Program-made: the position numbers and the translations under genes | Part shown: one piece after another, positions 25,948-34,387 of the stretch | Layout of the letters: every line of letters begins with the position of its first letter | How positions within the stretch are numbered: the first letter of the stretch is position 1 | Notes under the pieces: generated by a model | What the model saw: the letters and a program-made list of their open reading frames with translations, nothing else | What the model was told of the DNA's origin: nothing | Databases searched by the model: none | From: Candidatus Pacearchaeota archaeon | Lineage (GTDB): Archaea; Nanobdellota; Nanobdellia; Pacearchaeales; GW2011-AR1 | DNA length: 44,750 bases | Reading direction: 5' to 3' | Assembly (NCBI GenBank): GCA_018303785.1 | Contig: JAGVXM010000035.1 | Location: forward strand, 1 to 44,750

Positions 25948-26256
25948 TTATGGTATTTTTACCATATTTAAGGTTTTTGGTTGTTTTGCATTTTTTTGCA
26001 AATAATTCCACCGAGATTCAGGAGGAACCAAGAAAACATTTCTCGCTTTGTATTCATAAATATCTTCCGGATCTCCTTCAGGATCACTTTTTACTTCGGT
26101 ATATGCTTCTTCAAAAGAGTCAGAAATATATTTCAAAAAAATCAAGCCTAAAACTACATGTTTATATTCTGCAGCATCCATATTACTTCTCATCTTATCT
26201 GCTGCCCAAAGCTTTTTTTCAAATCCAAGATTTGCACCATTATTATTTTTGTCCAT
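25948..26256 (-). pseudogene. hsdM: Type I R-M methyltransferase subunit, N-terminal fragment only
   Basis: GFEKKLWAADKMRSNMDAAEYKHVVLGLIFLKYISDSFEE is the HsdM N-terminal domain signature. The ORF ends after 102 aa, before any SAM-binding or NPPW motif. No hsdS follows. Confidence 0.75.
25964..25971 (-). promoter_or_regulatory. TATA box for the MNT-HEPN pair, embedded in the 3' end of the hsdM stump
   Basis: atatttaa (rc TTAAATAT) is centred 24.5 nt upstream of the ATG at 25943. Confidence 0.45.
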
Positions 26257-26417
26257 AAAAACTAGAAGAAATCAGAACTTAAAATCTTTTTGCTATCAAG
26301 CAACACTATAGAAATCAATTTCATATTTGAAGAAATCATATTTTTTGAAATATTTATTTCTTTTAATTCTAAATATCCACAAGAAAAAGATCCTCTTCTT
26401 CAGATTCGCCCATAGAT

Positions 26418-26457
26418 CCGTGATGTAAGTTAGTCAAAAGTAATAGAGTTGGCTTCA
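26418..26457 (+). repeat. Copy of the gtrA-like 3' end, located just downstream of truB
   Basis: ccgtgatgtaagttagtcaaaagtaatagagttggcttca shares gtgatg / ttagtcaaaa / gtaatagag / cttca blocks with 27294-27330. On the minus strand it reads …NSITF…TNLHH…, similar to the GtrA-like C-terminus EGSITFLTNHHY. Confidence 0.55.
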
Positions 26458-27213
26458 TCTCAATCGCTCACTCTCTCTAATATAATATTTTCCCACACGC
26501 GTTCTTTTCAAGCTCATCAACATCCCCCCTCCAAAATCTTTTCCAACATCTCGTGCTAAAGCTCGAATATACATTCCGCTCGTGCATGAAACAATAATTT
26601 TTGCAGCCGCATATTTCTCCTCAGAATTTTCTAAAAGCAATCGCCACGCATTTTTTATCATCTCCTGTCGAAAATCTCCCTGAACCAAATCAATCTTTCT
26701 TATAATCTCCTTCAGCAGTCGTACTGCAGAAATAGTATAAGTCCCATCGATTACAATTTTCTTAATCGTCACGGTAAATTTCGGAATCGTTAATCCTTCC
26801 AACGTTCCTCGACGAGCATAATTTAACAAAGCTTTTCCTTTAACTCTAATAGAAGAATACACCGGAGCTTCCTGATCATAATCGCCAACAAACGATTTTA
26901 TTTTTTTCTTCAACGCTCGTTCATTAATTTCCACAGGACCATTTTTTCTCGGCATTCCCAAAATATCATGGCTGTCTGTTTCAATGCCAAATAAAATCTC
27001 TGCTTCATACTCCTTATCCAATTTCATGTACTGAGTCATTTTTTTATTCTCTTCATCAACTAATAAAATTAAAGCTCCTTCTGCCATTGGATCCAGTCTT
27101 CCAGGATAACTCATCTTCTTTCCTCGATAGTGTGGATTTTTTTCTTTGAATGCATGAATTGCTTCTAACGGCGTCATGCCCACAGGCTTATTAATATTAA
27201 TCACAAATTTCAT
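26455..27213 (-). CDS. truB: TruB-family tRNA pseudouridine synthase (no PUA domain)
   Basis: 252 aa. VININKPVGMTPLEAI, catalytic-Asp motif YPGRLDPMAEG, KEYEAEILFGIETDSHDILG. Shorter than archaeal Cbf5. Confidence 0.8.
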   Translation of the reverse strand: MKFVININKPVGMTPLEAIHAFKEKNPHYRGKKMSYPGRLDPMAEGALILLVDEENKKMTQYMKLDKEYEAEILFGIETDSHDILGMPRKNGPVEINERALKKKIKSFVGDYDQEAPVYSSIRVKGKALLNYARRGTLEGLTIPKFTVTIKKIVIDGTYTISAVRLLKEIIRKIDLVQGDFRQEMIKNAWRLLLENSEEKYAAAKIIVSCTSGMYIRALARDVGKDFGGGMLMSLKRTRVGKYYIRESERLR

Positions 27214-27234
27214 AAGAATATAAAGAATTAATGG

Positions 27235-27242
27235 ATTTAAAG
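27235..27242 (-). promoter_or_regulatory. TATA box for truB
   Basis: atttaaag (rc CTTTAAAT) is centred 25.5 nt upstream of the ATG at 27213. Confidence 0.45.
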
Positions 27243-27724
27243 TTAAGTTTTAAAAAAGTTTTTATCAACACCAATCTCCGGCATTTTAAAGGTGTAGTGA
27301 TGATTAGTCAAAAAAGTAATAGAGCCTTCAATAATTGCTGCAATTACTCTCGCAATAAGATAATTGAACAAAATTAAATCCACAATTATCCACATTAAAA
27401 ATACAGTAAGAAAAACTCCAAAGATACTAAAAAATAAAAACAGCGCGTATCCTTTAAAAAATCCGGTGTAAGTTCCATTGAAACTCCACTTTCTATTTAT
27501 AAAATAATTAATAGAGCTGGAAAAATAAATGAAATACCAGCAGCATACAAATAATGAACCTTGAATAACTCAACGAGAAAGGCTAATAACAATATATCAA
27601 TCATTAGAGTGAAACTACTAGAAGTGCCAAAACGCAAAAATAGAGTAAAGGTTATTGAAGCTCTACCGCCGAGAGAAGTGGCATGATTAATAAATCGAAT
27701 AAATGCATTTCCTCGGCTCTTCAT
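27243..27724 (-). pseudogene. GtrA-family membrane protein gene with a 1-nt frame disruption near 27497
   Basis: The 27497..27724 ORF (…YLYAAGISFIFPALLIIL) stops at a TAA. The -1 frame continues NRKWSFNGTYTGFFKGYALFLFF…ITFLTNHHYTFK to the TAA at 27243-27245. N-R-x-W-x-F is the GtrA hallmark. The junction tta-ta-aat would be restored by one nucleotide (Tyr codon). Confidence 0.6.
27294..27330 (+). repeat. Partner of the 26418-26457 repeat (inside the gtrA-like 3' coding region)
   Basis: gtagtgatgattagtcaaaaaagtaatagagccttca. Confidence 0.55.
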
Positions 27725-27808
27725 TAAAAAATAAATAAAAATATCTTAATAAAAGTATGTAAATATGCACTTTTTTATATTTTTAGAAAAAAATTCAATA
27801 AATTTTTA

Positions 27809-28438
27809 ATGTTTTTTGTTTCATTTACAACTGGAGCCTTATTAGGAGGATCGCTATTTCATTTATTGCCTGAAGCATTAGAAGAACTCCAACTGGTTAA
27901 TACTGCCATATTATCTTTAATCGGTTTTTTTTCATTTCTTTTTTTAGAGAAATATCTGCATTGGCATCATTGTCATGAAGGTGAATGCGAGGATCATGTC
28001 GCAAATTATTTATTAATTTTAGCTGATGCATTGCACAACTTTATAGATGGAATTCTTATCGCAGGAGCTTTTATCATTTCAATTCCATTTGGAATTCTCA
28101 CAAGTATTTTAATTCTAGCGCATGAATTACCACAAGAAATTAGCGACTTCGGCGTTTTGTTATATGGAGGATGGAGTAAGAAAAAAGCGCTAATTTACAA
28201 CTTCCTCTCACAGGCAACATCTATCCTCGGAGGAATATTAGGCTATTTCTTTTTTTCGTTGCAAGAATATTCATTATATTTATTACCCATAACTGCGGGA
28301 AGTTTCATTTACATTGCTACAAAAGATTTAATCCCTGAATTAATGAAAGAAAAAAACAAGAAAAAAATTGCGATTAACATTGCAGGTATTATTCTAGGCT
28401 TGCTCATTTTGCTATCTGCTGGATTTTTTGTCGAATAA
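27809..28438 (+). CDS. ZIP-family divalent metal transporter
   Basis: 209 aa, about 7 TM. ADALHNFIDGILIAGAF (HNxxDG) and LAHELPQEISDFGVL (HExPxE) signatures. Confidence 0.85.
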   Translation: MFFVSFTTGALLGGSLFHLLPEALEELQLVNTAILSLIGFFSFLFLEKYLHWHHCHEGECEDHVANYLLILADALHNFIDGILIAGAFIISIPFGILTSILILAHELPQEISDFGVLLYGGWSKKKALIYNFLSQATSILGGILGYFFFSLQEYSLYLLPITAGSFIYIATKDLIPELMKEKNKKKIAINIAGIILGLLILLSAGFFVE

Positions 28439-28477
28439 TTTAAATACTAAAGTTTCATAACAGAACAAAAAGAGAGT

Positions 28478-29142
28478 ATGAAAAAAATATCTAAAGCACA
28501 AGCAACTGCATTTATAGTACTCGCGGTGATTATTGTTGCTTTTGCAGCATTAATTATATATTTCAATCAAAATTCCTATTCAAGTAACTTAAACCGAATT
28601 TTTTCGAGATTAGAAATAAATGCGCAGGCAGATCAGGTGCAATCATCAATACTAGGCTGTCTTGAATCAACCGCGAAAGATGCATTATTAATTATAGGTA
28701 TACAAGGCGGCTATTACAATAAGCCAGAAAAATTGCATGATTTAGAATGGTCATTCATTCCCTATTATTATTATGAAGGTCAGTTTTTAATGCCGTCAAC
28801 TGAAAAAATAGAATCTGAATTATCAGATTAGATTTCCAAACAACTCTGCGAATAAATTTTGAAAAAGAAAGTGAGACTGCGGAATACAAATTAGAAAATA
28901 GTCCTATAAAAATTGAATCTGCACTTTCCGATATAATAGATGTCGCTTCTTATATTACCGAAACACATAAAGAGGATCCAGAGAATATATGCATCAGTTG
29001 TGTAACTGACATGGCCCTAGAAAGAAATTTGTACGTTGAGATGATTGAATTTGACGATCCATCAAATATACTAGTTGTTATTTCTGAAAATTATACCTCA
29101 TCAGAACCATATGTATTCGAATTCCTCAACAAATATCCTTAG
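28478..29142 (+). pseudogene. Decayed tandem paralog of 29178..29957 (pilin-like signal; internal deletion plus frame change)
   Basis: The first 117 codons parallel the downstream gene (IGIQGGYYNKPEKLHDLEWSFIPYYYYEGQFLMPSTEKIE vs IGVQGGYYNKPEKFYDLDWAFIPYYYYKGEFLMPSTEKIE) and end at the TAG at 28829-28831. The C-terminal half (…DIIDVASYITETHKEDPENICISCV…SSEPYVFEFLNKYP) resumes in the +1 frame and ends at the TAG at 29140-29142. About 45 codons of the middle are missing. Confidence 0.6.
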
Positions 29143-29148
29143 TAAAAC

Positions 29149-29156
29149 TTTAAATA
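29149..29156 (+). promoter_or_regulatory. TATA box for 29178..29957
   Basis: TTTAAATA is centred 25.5 nt upstream of the ATG at 29178. Confidence 0.5.
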
Positions 29157-29177
29157 AACCTATTATTTTAATTCAAA

Positions 29178-29957
29178 ATGAAAAGAGGTAAAGCGCAAGT
29201 AACAATTTTTGTTGTAATTGCCATTGCCATAGTTCTCATCGCAGGAATAGTTTTTTACATTAAGTCTTCAGCAAAAAAAGAATTAACCAAAGACTATTTC
29301 ATTCAAAATAATATTGAACCATCAATAAATAACATTCAAGATTTTGTCATTGATTGCTTAGAAGAAAATTCAAAGGTGTCGTTGGAAAAAATAGGAGTAC
29401 AGGGCGGCTATTATAACAAACCTGAAAAATTTTATGATTTAGATTGGGCTTTTATTCCATACTATTATTACAAAGGAGAATTTCTCATGCCGTCAACTGA
29501 AAAAATCGAGCAGGAACTTAGTCAATCAATTGACAATTCGCTAACTTCATGTGTAGAAGATATCCAGTTTAAAAATTTTCAATTAGCATTTAACACACCA
29601 GAAACAAACTCAAAAATACTCAAAAGCAAAGTTATTGTTACAACTACCTTCCCCATATCAATAGAAAACAACGGAAAGACAACACAATTTGAATTAAAAC
29701 GACATCCCATAACATTAAACTCATCTTTGTACGACATACTTGAAATTGCCTCCTATATTACAGAGTCTCATAAAGAAGATCCAAATTATATTTGTATAAA
29801 CTGTCTTGCCGAATTCTCAAAAGAAAAAAATGTTTATGTAGATTTCATGGCTTTTGAAGAAGATTCATCTTTAGTAATGATCATTGAAAATGTAACTTCT
29901 TCAGAACCATATATTTTCCAATTCCTAAATAAATATAATGTGAATGTAACACAATAA
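29178..29957 (+). CDS. Putative type IV pilin-like (class III signal peptide) surface protein
   Basis: 259 aa. MKRGKAQVTIFVVIAIAIVLIAGIVFYI has a short basic N-terminus, then K-A-Q-V, then a hydrophobic stretch. This fits the archaeal prepilin-peptidase site pattern [KR][GA][ALIFQMVED][ILMVTAS]. Confidence 0.5.
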   Translation: MKRGKAQVTIFVVIAIAIVLIAGIVFYIKSSAKKELTKDYFIQNNIEPSINNIQDFVIDCLEENSKVSLEKIGVQGGYYNKPEKFYDLDWAFIPYYYYKGEFLMPSTEKIEQELSQSIDNSLTSCVEDIQFKNFQLAFNTPETNSKILKSKVIVTTTFPISIENNGKTTQFELKRHPITLNSSLYDILEIASYITESHKEDPNYICINCLAEFSKEKNVYVDFMAFEEDSSLVMIIENVTSSEPYIFQFLNKYNVNVTQ

Positions 29958-29960
29958 AAA

Positions 29961-31376
29961 ATGAAAAAAATAATTTTTTGGATGACAGCCTTACTTTCTT
30001 TTGTGATGATAAATGCTCAATGTAATGACGGTAATGACGGTAATTGCGGATTACAACCTCAATCTTCATTCGAATTAAAAGATTATGGTTCAGGAATTTT
30101 ATGGGATAATGTAGAATATAAATTAACAACAACCCCTAATGAAAATACAGTTCCAGCAGGATTAGAGCATTTTAAATCAGACCCAAAATTTATGTTTGAA
30201 AATCAAAAAGCTGCAAATCAGGATCAAAGGAAACAATTTACCGAAGATCGAATAAAAAATGAAATGAATCTAAATTCTAAGGGTGATATGAGTAAAGGAC
30301 AGTGGTCAGAAGACGGTACAAAATTCACCTATCATGGTACTGAACTTCGTAAAGAAGCTTTAGAAAGAACTGGATTTAGTGATATTCATTTTCACGAGGA
30401 TGGTAGTGTCACATTGTTATCTTCAGAAGGAAGCTTAACGTTAAAAAATGGAAAACCAAGTGGAGGATCTTTATTACCACAAAGAGCTCCAACCTCAGCA
30501 CCACAAATGACCGGAAGCGGCGGAGGTGGAGGAGGTGGCGGAGGGGCTGGTGGAAGTTTAGAAGAAAGATTCCAACAAGCATTACAAGTTATGCAGCAAA
30601 TGGCACAGCTTGCCCAGCAAATCGGCGGACCAATTGCAGACGCTATGAAGTCTGGAGACAAAGGTAATAAAAAAATTTCATCACCAAATGAATTTGGTGG
30701 AGCAACAGCAACTTTAGATAATGGAGCTGAACTCGCTTTACTTAAAAACGGAAAAGAAACACTTGCTGCAAAACAAAATAAAGAGGAAGAAGAAGCAATT
30801 ATTAAAACAAAATCAAATGCTCCAGAAGTATTAGCAACAAACTCAGATATCTATATTAAAGATGAAATAGCTGCTAAAACAAATGAAGAAACACTCGTAT
30901 CTCTTCAGGGCATAAAAGGCAGCGCGCCATCACATCCAGCATTAACAGAAACTTCATCATATTCCATCACCGCAGCTGCAATTCAAACAGAAAGAACAGC
31001 AAGTTTTGGACAATACATTAAATTATTCGACCATGATTTAGATGTATCTGGTAGAAACATCAACATCTATGCATTAAAAACTTTTGATGAAGTTGAAGCG
31101 GGCGGACAAAATATAAACATTTATTCTGGAGACATAGAAATAAAATTTGAAGGACAAAAAATGTTATATCCTCGATTAGTAAAAAAAGCCCCGTATGGAA
31201 TCGCAGTTTTATCGAATAAATTAGACCAAAAAAATGAATTTAAATTACAACATTTTGATAACAAAAAAAGTCTATTAGTTGATTATGAAGAAAAAATATC
31301 TTTTGGAGACATTACAGAAGAACATCCAACAAAAAATCTCATGATTGCAAAATTAAGAAAAGAGATGTGGAATTAA
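29961..31376 (+). CDS. Secreted protein with an internal poly-glycine hinge, hypothetical
   Basis: 471 aa. Signal-like MKKIIFWMTALLSFVMINAQC. GSGGGGGGGGGAGGS tract followed by the Gln-rich helix LEERFQQALQVMQQMAQLAQQIG. Starts 4 nt after the pilin-like gene. Confidence 0.6.
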   Translation: MKKIIFWMTALLSFVMINAQCNDGNDGNCGLQPQSSFELKDYGSGILWDNVEYKLTTTPNENTVPAGLEHFKSDPKFMFENQKAANQDQRKQFTEDRIKNEMNLNSKGDMSKGQWSEDGTKFTYHGTELRKEALERTGFSDIHFHEDGSVTLLSSEGSLTLKNGKPSGGSLLPQRAPTSAPQMTGSGGGGGGGGGAGGSLEERFQQALQVMQQMAQLAQQIGGPIADAMKSGDKGNKKISSPNEFGGATATLDNGAELALLKNGKETLAAKQNKEEEEAIIKTKSNAPEVLATNSDIYIKDEIAAKTNEETLVSLQGIKGSAPSHPALTETSSYSITAAAIQTERTASFGQYIKLFDHDLDVSGRNINIYALKTFDEVEAGGQNINIYSGDIEIKFEGQKMLYPRLVKKAPYGIAVLSNKLDQKNEFKLQHFDNKKSLLVDYEEKISFGDITEEHPTKNLMIAKLRKEMWN

Positions 31377-31432
31377 GCAATTCTTTTGATCAACTCAAAC
31401 ATATGAAATTTAATAAATAACAGTTTAAAAAT

Positions 31433-33985
31433 TTACACATTCAAACTTAATTGAACTTCCTCATCGCTGTCTAAACGCGCCATATCGCTGACGCTGTCTC
31501 CTTCATCTAAACGAATAATCCTAACTCCTGAAGTAGCCCGACCCATCACTCGAATATCTTTAACACTCGTTCGAATGACAATGCCCTTAATTGTCGAAAC
31601 AACAAACGCATCCTTATAATTAACAGTTATACTCGTCACTACGTCTCCTGTTTTTTCATTGATCTTTAAATTAATAACTCCCTTTCCTGCCCTTCCTGTT
31701 AACCGATAATCATCGATTTTACTTCTCTTGCCGAATCCTTTTTCAGTAATCGTTAAAATTGAATCGTTGATATTGTGGACAATCTCCACACTTACAATTT
31801 CATCTGGCTTATCTAACTTAATTCCTGTTACTCCATAACTACCTCTGCCCATCTCTCGAACTTCATCCGAATTAAATCGAATTGCTTGTCCTTTCTTTGT
31901 AATAAGCATAACTTCTTGTTTAGAAATAATTCTCTTAACATCGACAACGCGGTCTGAATTATCCTCGGGTAAATTTATAATTCGAACACCTGTTGATCTT
32001 GGTTTTGAAAATAGCTCTAATCTAATTTTTTTAACTTGTCCTAATTTAGTCGCAATAAACAAATGATCTTTAAAATCTTTTACAGAAATAACATTTGCAA
32101 TTCGATCATCCTTAATATTCAACAAATTTACAATTGCCTGTCCCTTTCCCTGTCGTTGTGTTTCAGGAACCTGATACGCTTTAAGCCAAAATACACGTCC
32201 TCGCTCTGAAAATAATAATAAATAATCATGCGTTGAACAGCTAATTAATTGCTTGACAAAATCTTCAGAGCTCAATTCAGCGCCGATAACTCCTCTACCA
32301 CCACGCTTCTGCTCATTATACGCCTGATTAGGCATTCGCTTAATATACCCTTTTTGCGTCACAGTTATAACTACATCTTTTTTCTGGATAAGATCCTTCT
32401 CCTGAATCTCCCTTACAGATTTAATTATCTTGCTTCGTCGCTCATCACCATACGTTTTCTTTAATTCATTCAATTCTTTTTTAATTATAGCTAAAATTTC
32501 TTTTTCATCGCCTAAAATAGTTTTCAATGTTGCAATAAAAGCAGTTAACTCTTGTTCCTCATTCTTAAGTTTTTCACGCTCCAAAGATGTTAATTGTCGT
32601 AACGTTATCTCTAAAATTGCTTCAGCCTGTTTCTTACTCAAACTAAATTTTTTCTGTAATGCCTCACTTGCTTCTGGCCCAGTTTTACTTTTTTTAATTA
32701 AATCAATTATTTCCTCTAAATTATTTAGAGCAATTAACAATCCTTTAACAATATGTAAACGAGCTTCTGCTTTTCGCAAATCAAATTCAGTTCTTTTCCT
32801 GATTATTTTCCGTCGATAACCAATGTAGCTGTCCAACATTGCCTTAAGAGAAAAAGTTTTTGGAATTCCATTATCCAATGCCACGAGCACCGCATCAAAA
32901 CGCGACTGTAATTTTGTTCCTTTGTAAAGCATATTAATTGTGAATTGTTCATTAGCACCTTTTTTTAATTCAATCGCAACGCGAATTTTTCCCTTTGCAG
33001 ATTCATCACGAATATCGCTTACATCAGGAAGTCTTTTATCACGTACAAGTTCTGCAATCTGTTTTACTAAATCAGATTTATTTACCTGATACGGAATCTC
33101 CGTAATTATTACGGCATTTCTTCCGCCTTTATCTTCTTTTTCAACTTTACCCCGCACTACAAAACTCGCTTTACCTTTTTCATATAATTCGCGCAGAGTT
33201 TCTCCAGAAATTTGACCACCCGTTGGAAAATCAGGTCCTTTAATAATTTCCATTAATTCATCTAATGTAATTTCAGGCTTTTGAATAGTAGCAATAAGTC
33301 CATCACAAACCTCAATCAAATTGTGAGATGGAATATTGGTAGTCATACCAACAGCAATTCCTGAACTACCATTAATCAATAAATTAGGTAACTTCCCCGG
33401 AAGAACTACAGGCTCTTGAATAGAATTATCAAAGTTTGGCAAAAAAGGAACTGTTTCTTTATCTATATCTTGTAACAATTCGCCAGAAATTTTAGCAAGC
33501 TTTGCTTCTGTATACCTTTGAGCACCAGCACTATCTCCATCAATAGATCCAAAATTTCCTTGTCCATGAATTAACGGATAACGTAATGAAAAATCCTGAG
33601 CCATTCTTACCAACGCATCATAAATTGCAAGATCTCCATGGGGATGGAATTTTCCCATCGTATCTCCAACAATTCTTGCGCATTTTTTCGTAGGACCTTT
33701 ATCCAATCCCATTGCTTTCATTGCAAATAAAATACGACGATGAACCGGCTTGAGTCCATCTTCAATGCTAGGCAAAGCACGCGCCATAATAACACTCATC
33801 GCATAATTAATATACGCTTTCTTCATTTCGTTAGAAATTTCAACATTCAGAATTCTATCTTTATCTAAATCTTTTAAATTAATGTCGCCCTTTTCCAGGT
33901 GTTCGATTTCAATTTCATCTGCTTCAGTTTCTTCATCTTCATCCTCTTCATCTTCAGCTATATCATCAACTTCATCATCTGCCAT
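31433..33985 (-). CDS. gyrA: DNA gyrase subunit A with an acidic N-terminal extension
   Basis: 850 aa. [29 protein letters not shown]. Active-site AQRYTEAKL. GyrA-box [10 protein letters not shown] in the beta-pinwheel CTD. The first 38 aa or so are mostly Asp and Glu. Confidence 0.95.
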   Translation of the reverse strand: MADDEVDDIAEDEEDEDEETEADEIEIEHLEKGDINLKDLDKDRILNVEISNEMKKAYINYAMSVIMARALPSIEDGLKPVHRRILFAMKAMGLDKGPTKKCARIVGDTMGKFHPHGDLAIYDALVRMAQDFSLRYPLIHGQGNFGSIDGDSAGAQRYTEAKLAKISGELLQDIDKETVPFLPNFDNSIQEPVVLPGKLPNLLINGSSGIAVGMTTNIPSHNLIEVCDGLIATIQKPEITLDELMEIIKGPDFPTGGQISGETLRELYEKGKASFVVRGKVEKEDKGGRNAVIITEIPYQVNKSDLVKQIAELVRDKRLPDVSDIRDESAKGKIRVAIELKKGANEQFTINMLYKGTKLQSRFDAVLVALDNGIPKTFSLKAMLDSYIGYRRKIIRKRTEFDLRKAEARLHIVKGLLIALNNLEEIIDLIKKSKTGPEASEALQKKFSLSKKQAEAILEITLRQLTSLEREKLKNEEQELTAFIATLKTILGDEKEILAIIKKELNELKKTYGDERRSKIIKSVREIQEKDLIQKKDVVITVTQKGYIKRMPNQAYNEQKRGGRGVIGAELSSEDFVKQLISCSTHDYLLLFSERGRVFWLKAYQVPETQRQGKGQAIVNLLNIKDDRIANVISVKDFKDHLFIATKLGQVKKIRLELFSKPRSTGVRIINLPEDNSDRVVDVKRIISKQEVMLITKKGQAIRFNSDEVREMGRGSYGVTGIKLDKPDEIVSVEIVHNINDSILTITEKGFGKRSKIDDYRLTGRAGKGVINLKINEKTGDVVTSITVNYKDAFVVSTIKGIVIRTSVKDIRVMGRATSGVRIIRLDEGDSVSDMARLDSDEEVQLSLNV

Positions 33986-34385
33986 ATTTGTCTAATATAT
34001 CTCTCCTCCAGTTTTCAAAATCAGGAATTGCTTCGCTCAGGCTAAACCGCTCACTCTCGCAATCAGTGGTTGAAAATTCAATAATAATTGAACTGTCTAT
34101 TCCAGAAAATCGGTGTTTTCTAAAAGGAAGAATACGTACTATATCGGTCAGTATCATAATACGCCCCTCAATCCAGGCGTCATCATCTTCCATTTCAAAT
34201 AGAATTCTTCCACTTTCAATATAAAAAGTTTCATCTTTCGAATGACTATGAAGGCTGCAGCGGAATCCTTTGTTCAGATGAAGTTTTTTGCCACAATACA
34301 TTTCCACTCCATTCACATCTTCATGTGCAATAACTTCTTCATATCCCCATGTTTTAGGAATAATTTTTGGTGTATACAATTCCAT
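33975..34385 (-). CDS. Cupin-domain protein (mannose-6-phosphate-isomerase-type small cupin)
   Basis: 136 aa. TWGYEEVI…[28 protein letters not shown] (cupin motif 1, H.H…E) and [11 protein letters not shown] (motif 2). Starts 2 nt after the gyrB stop and overlaps the gyrA start by 11 nt. Confidence 0.7.
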   Translation of the reverse strand: MELYTPKIIPKTWGYEEVIAHEDVNGVEMYCGKKLHLNKGFRCSLHSHSKDETFYIESGRILFEMEDDDAWIEGRIMILTDIVRILPFRKHRFSGIDSSIIIEFSTTDCESERFSLSEAIPDFENWRRDILDKYGR

Positions 34386-34387
34386 AA

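Noticed and set aside
25950-26258. 102-aa plus-strand mirror ORF of the hsdM stump
   Set aside because: The minus-strand translation carries the unmistakable HsdM N-terminal signature (LWAADKMR…YKHVVLGLIFLKYISD). The plus-strand product has no features.
27728-27808. Possible 5' truncation of the ZIP transporter (in-frame open sequence upstream of the ATG, and only about 7 TM)
   Set aside because: The upstream frame contains no start codon, and I cannot judge the expected N-terminal length without an alignment. The annotated ATG is kept.
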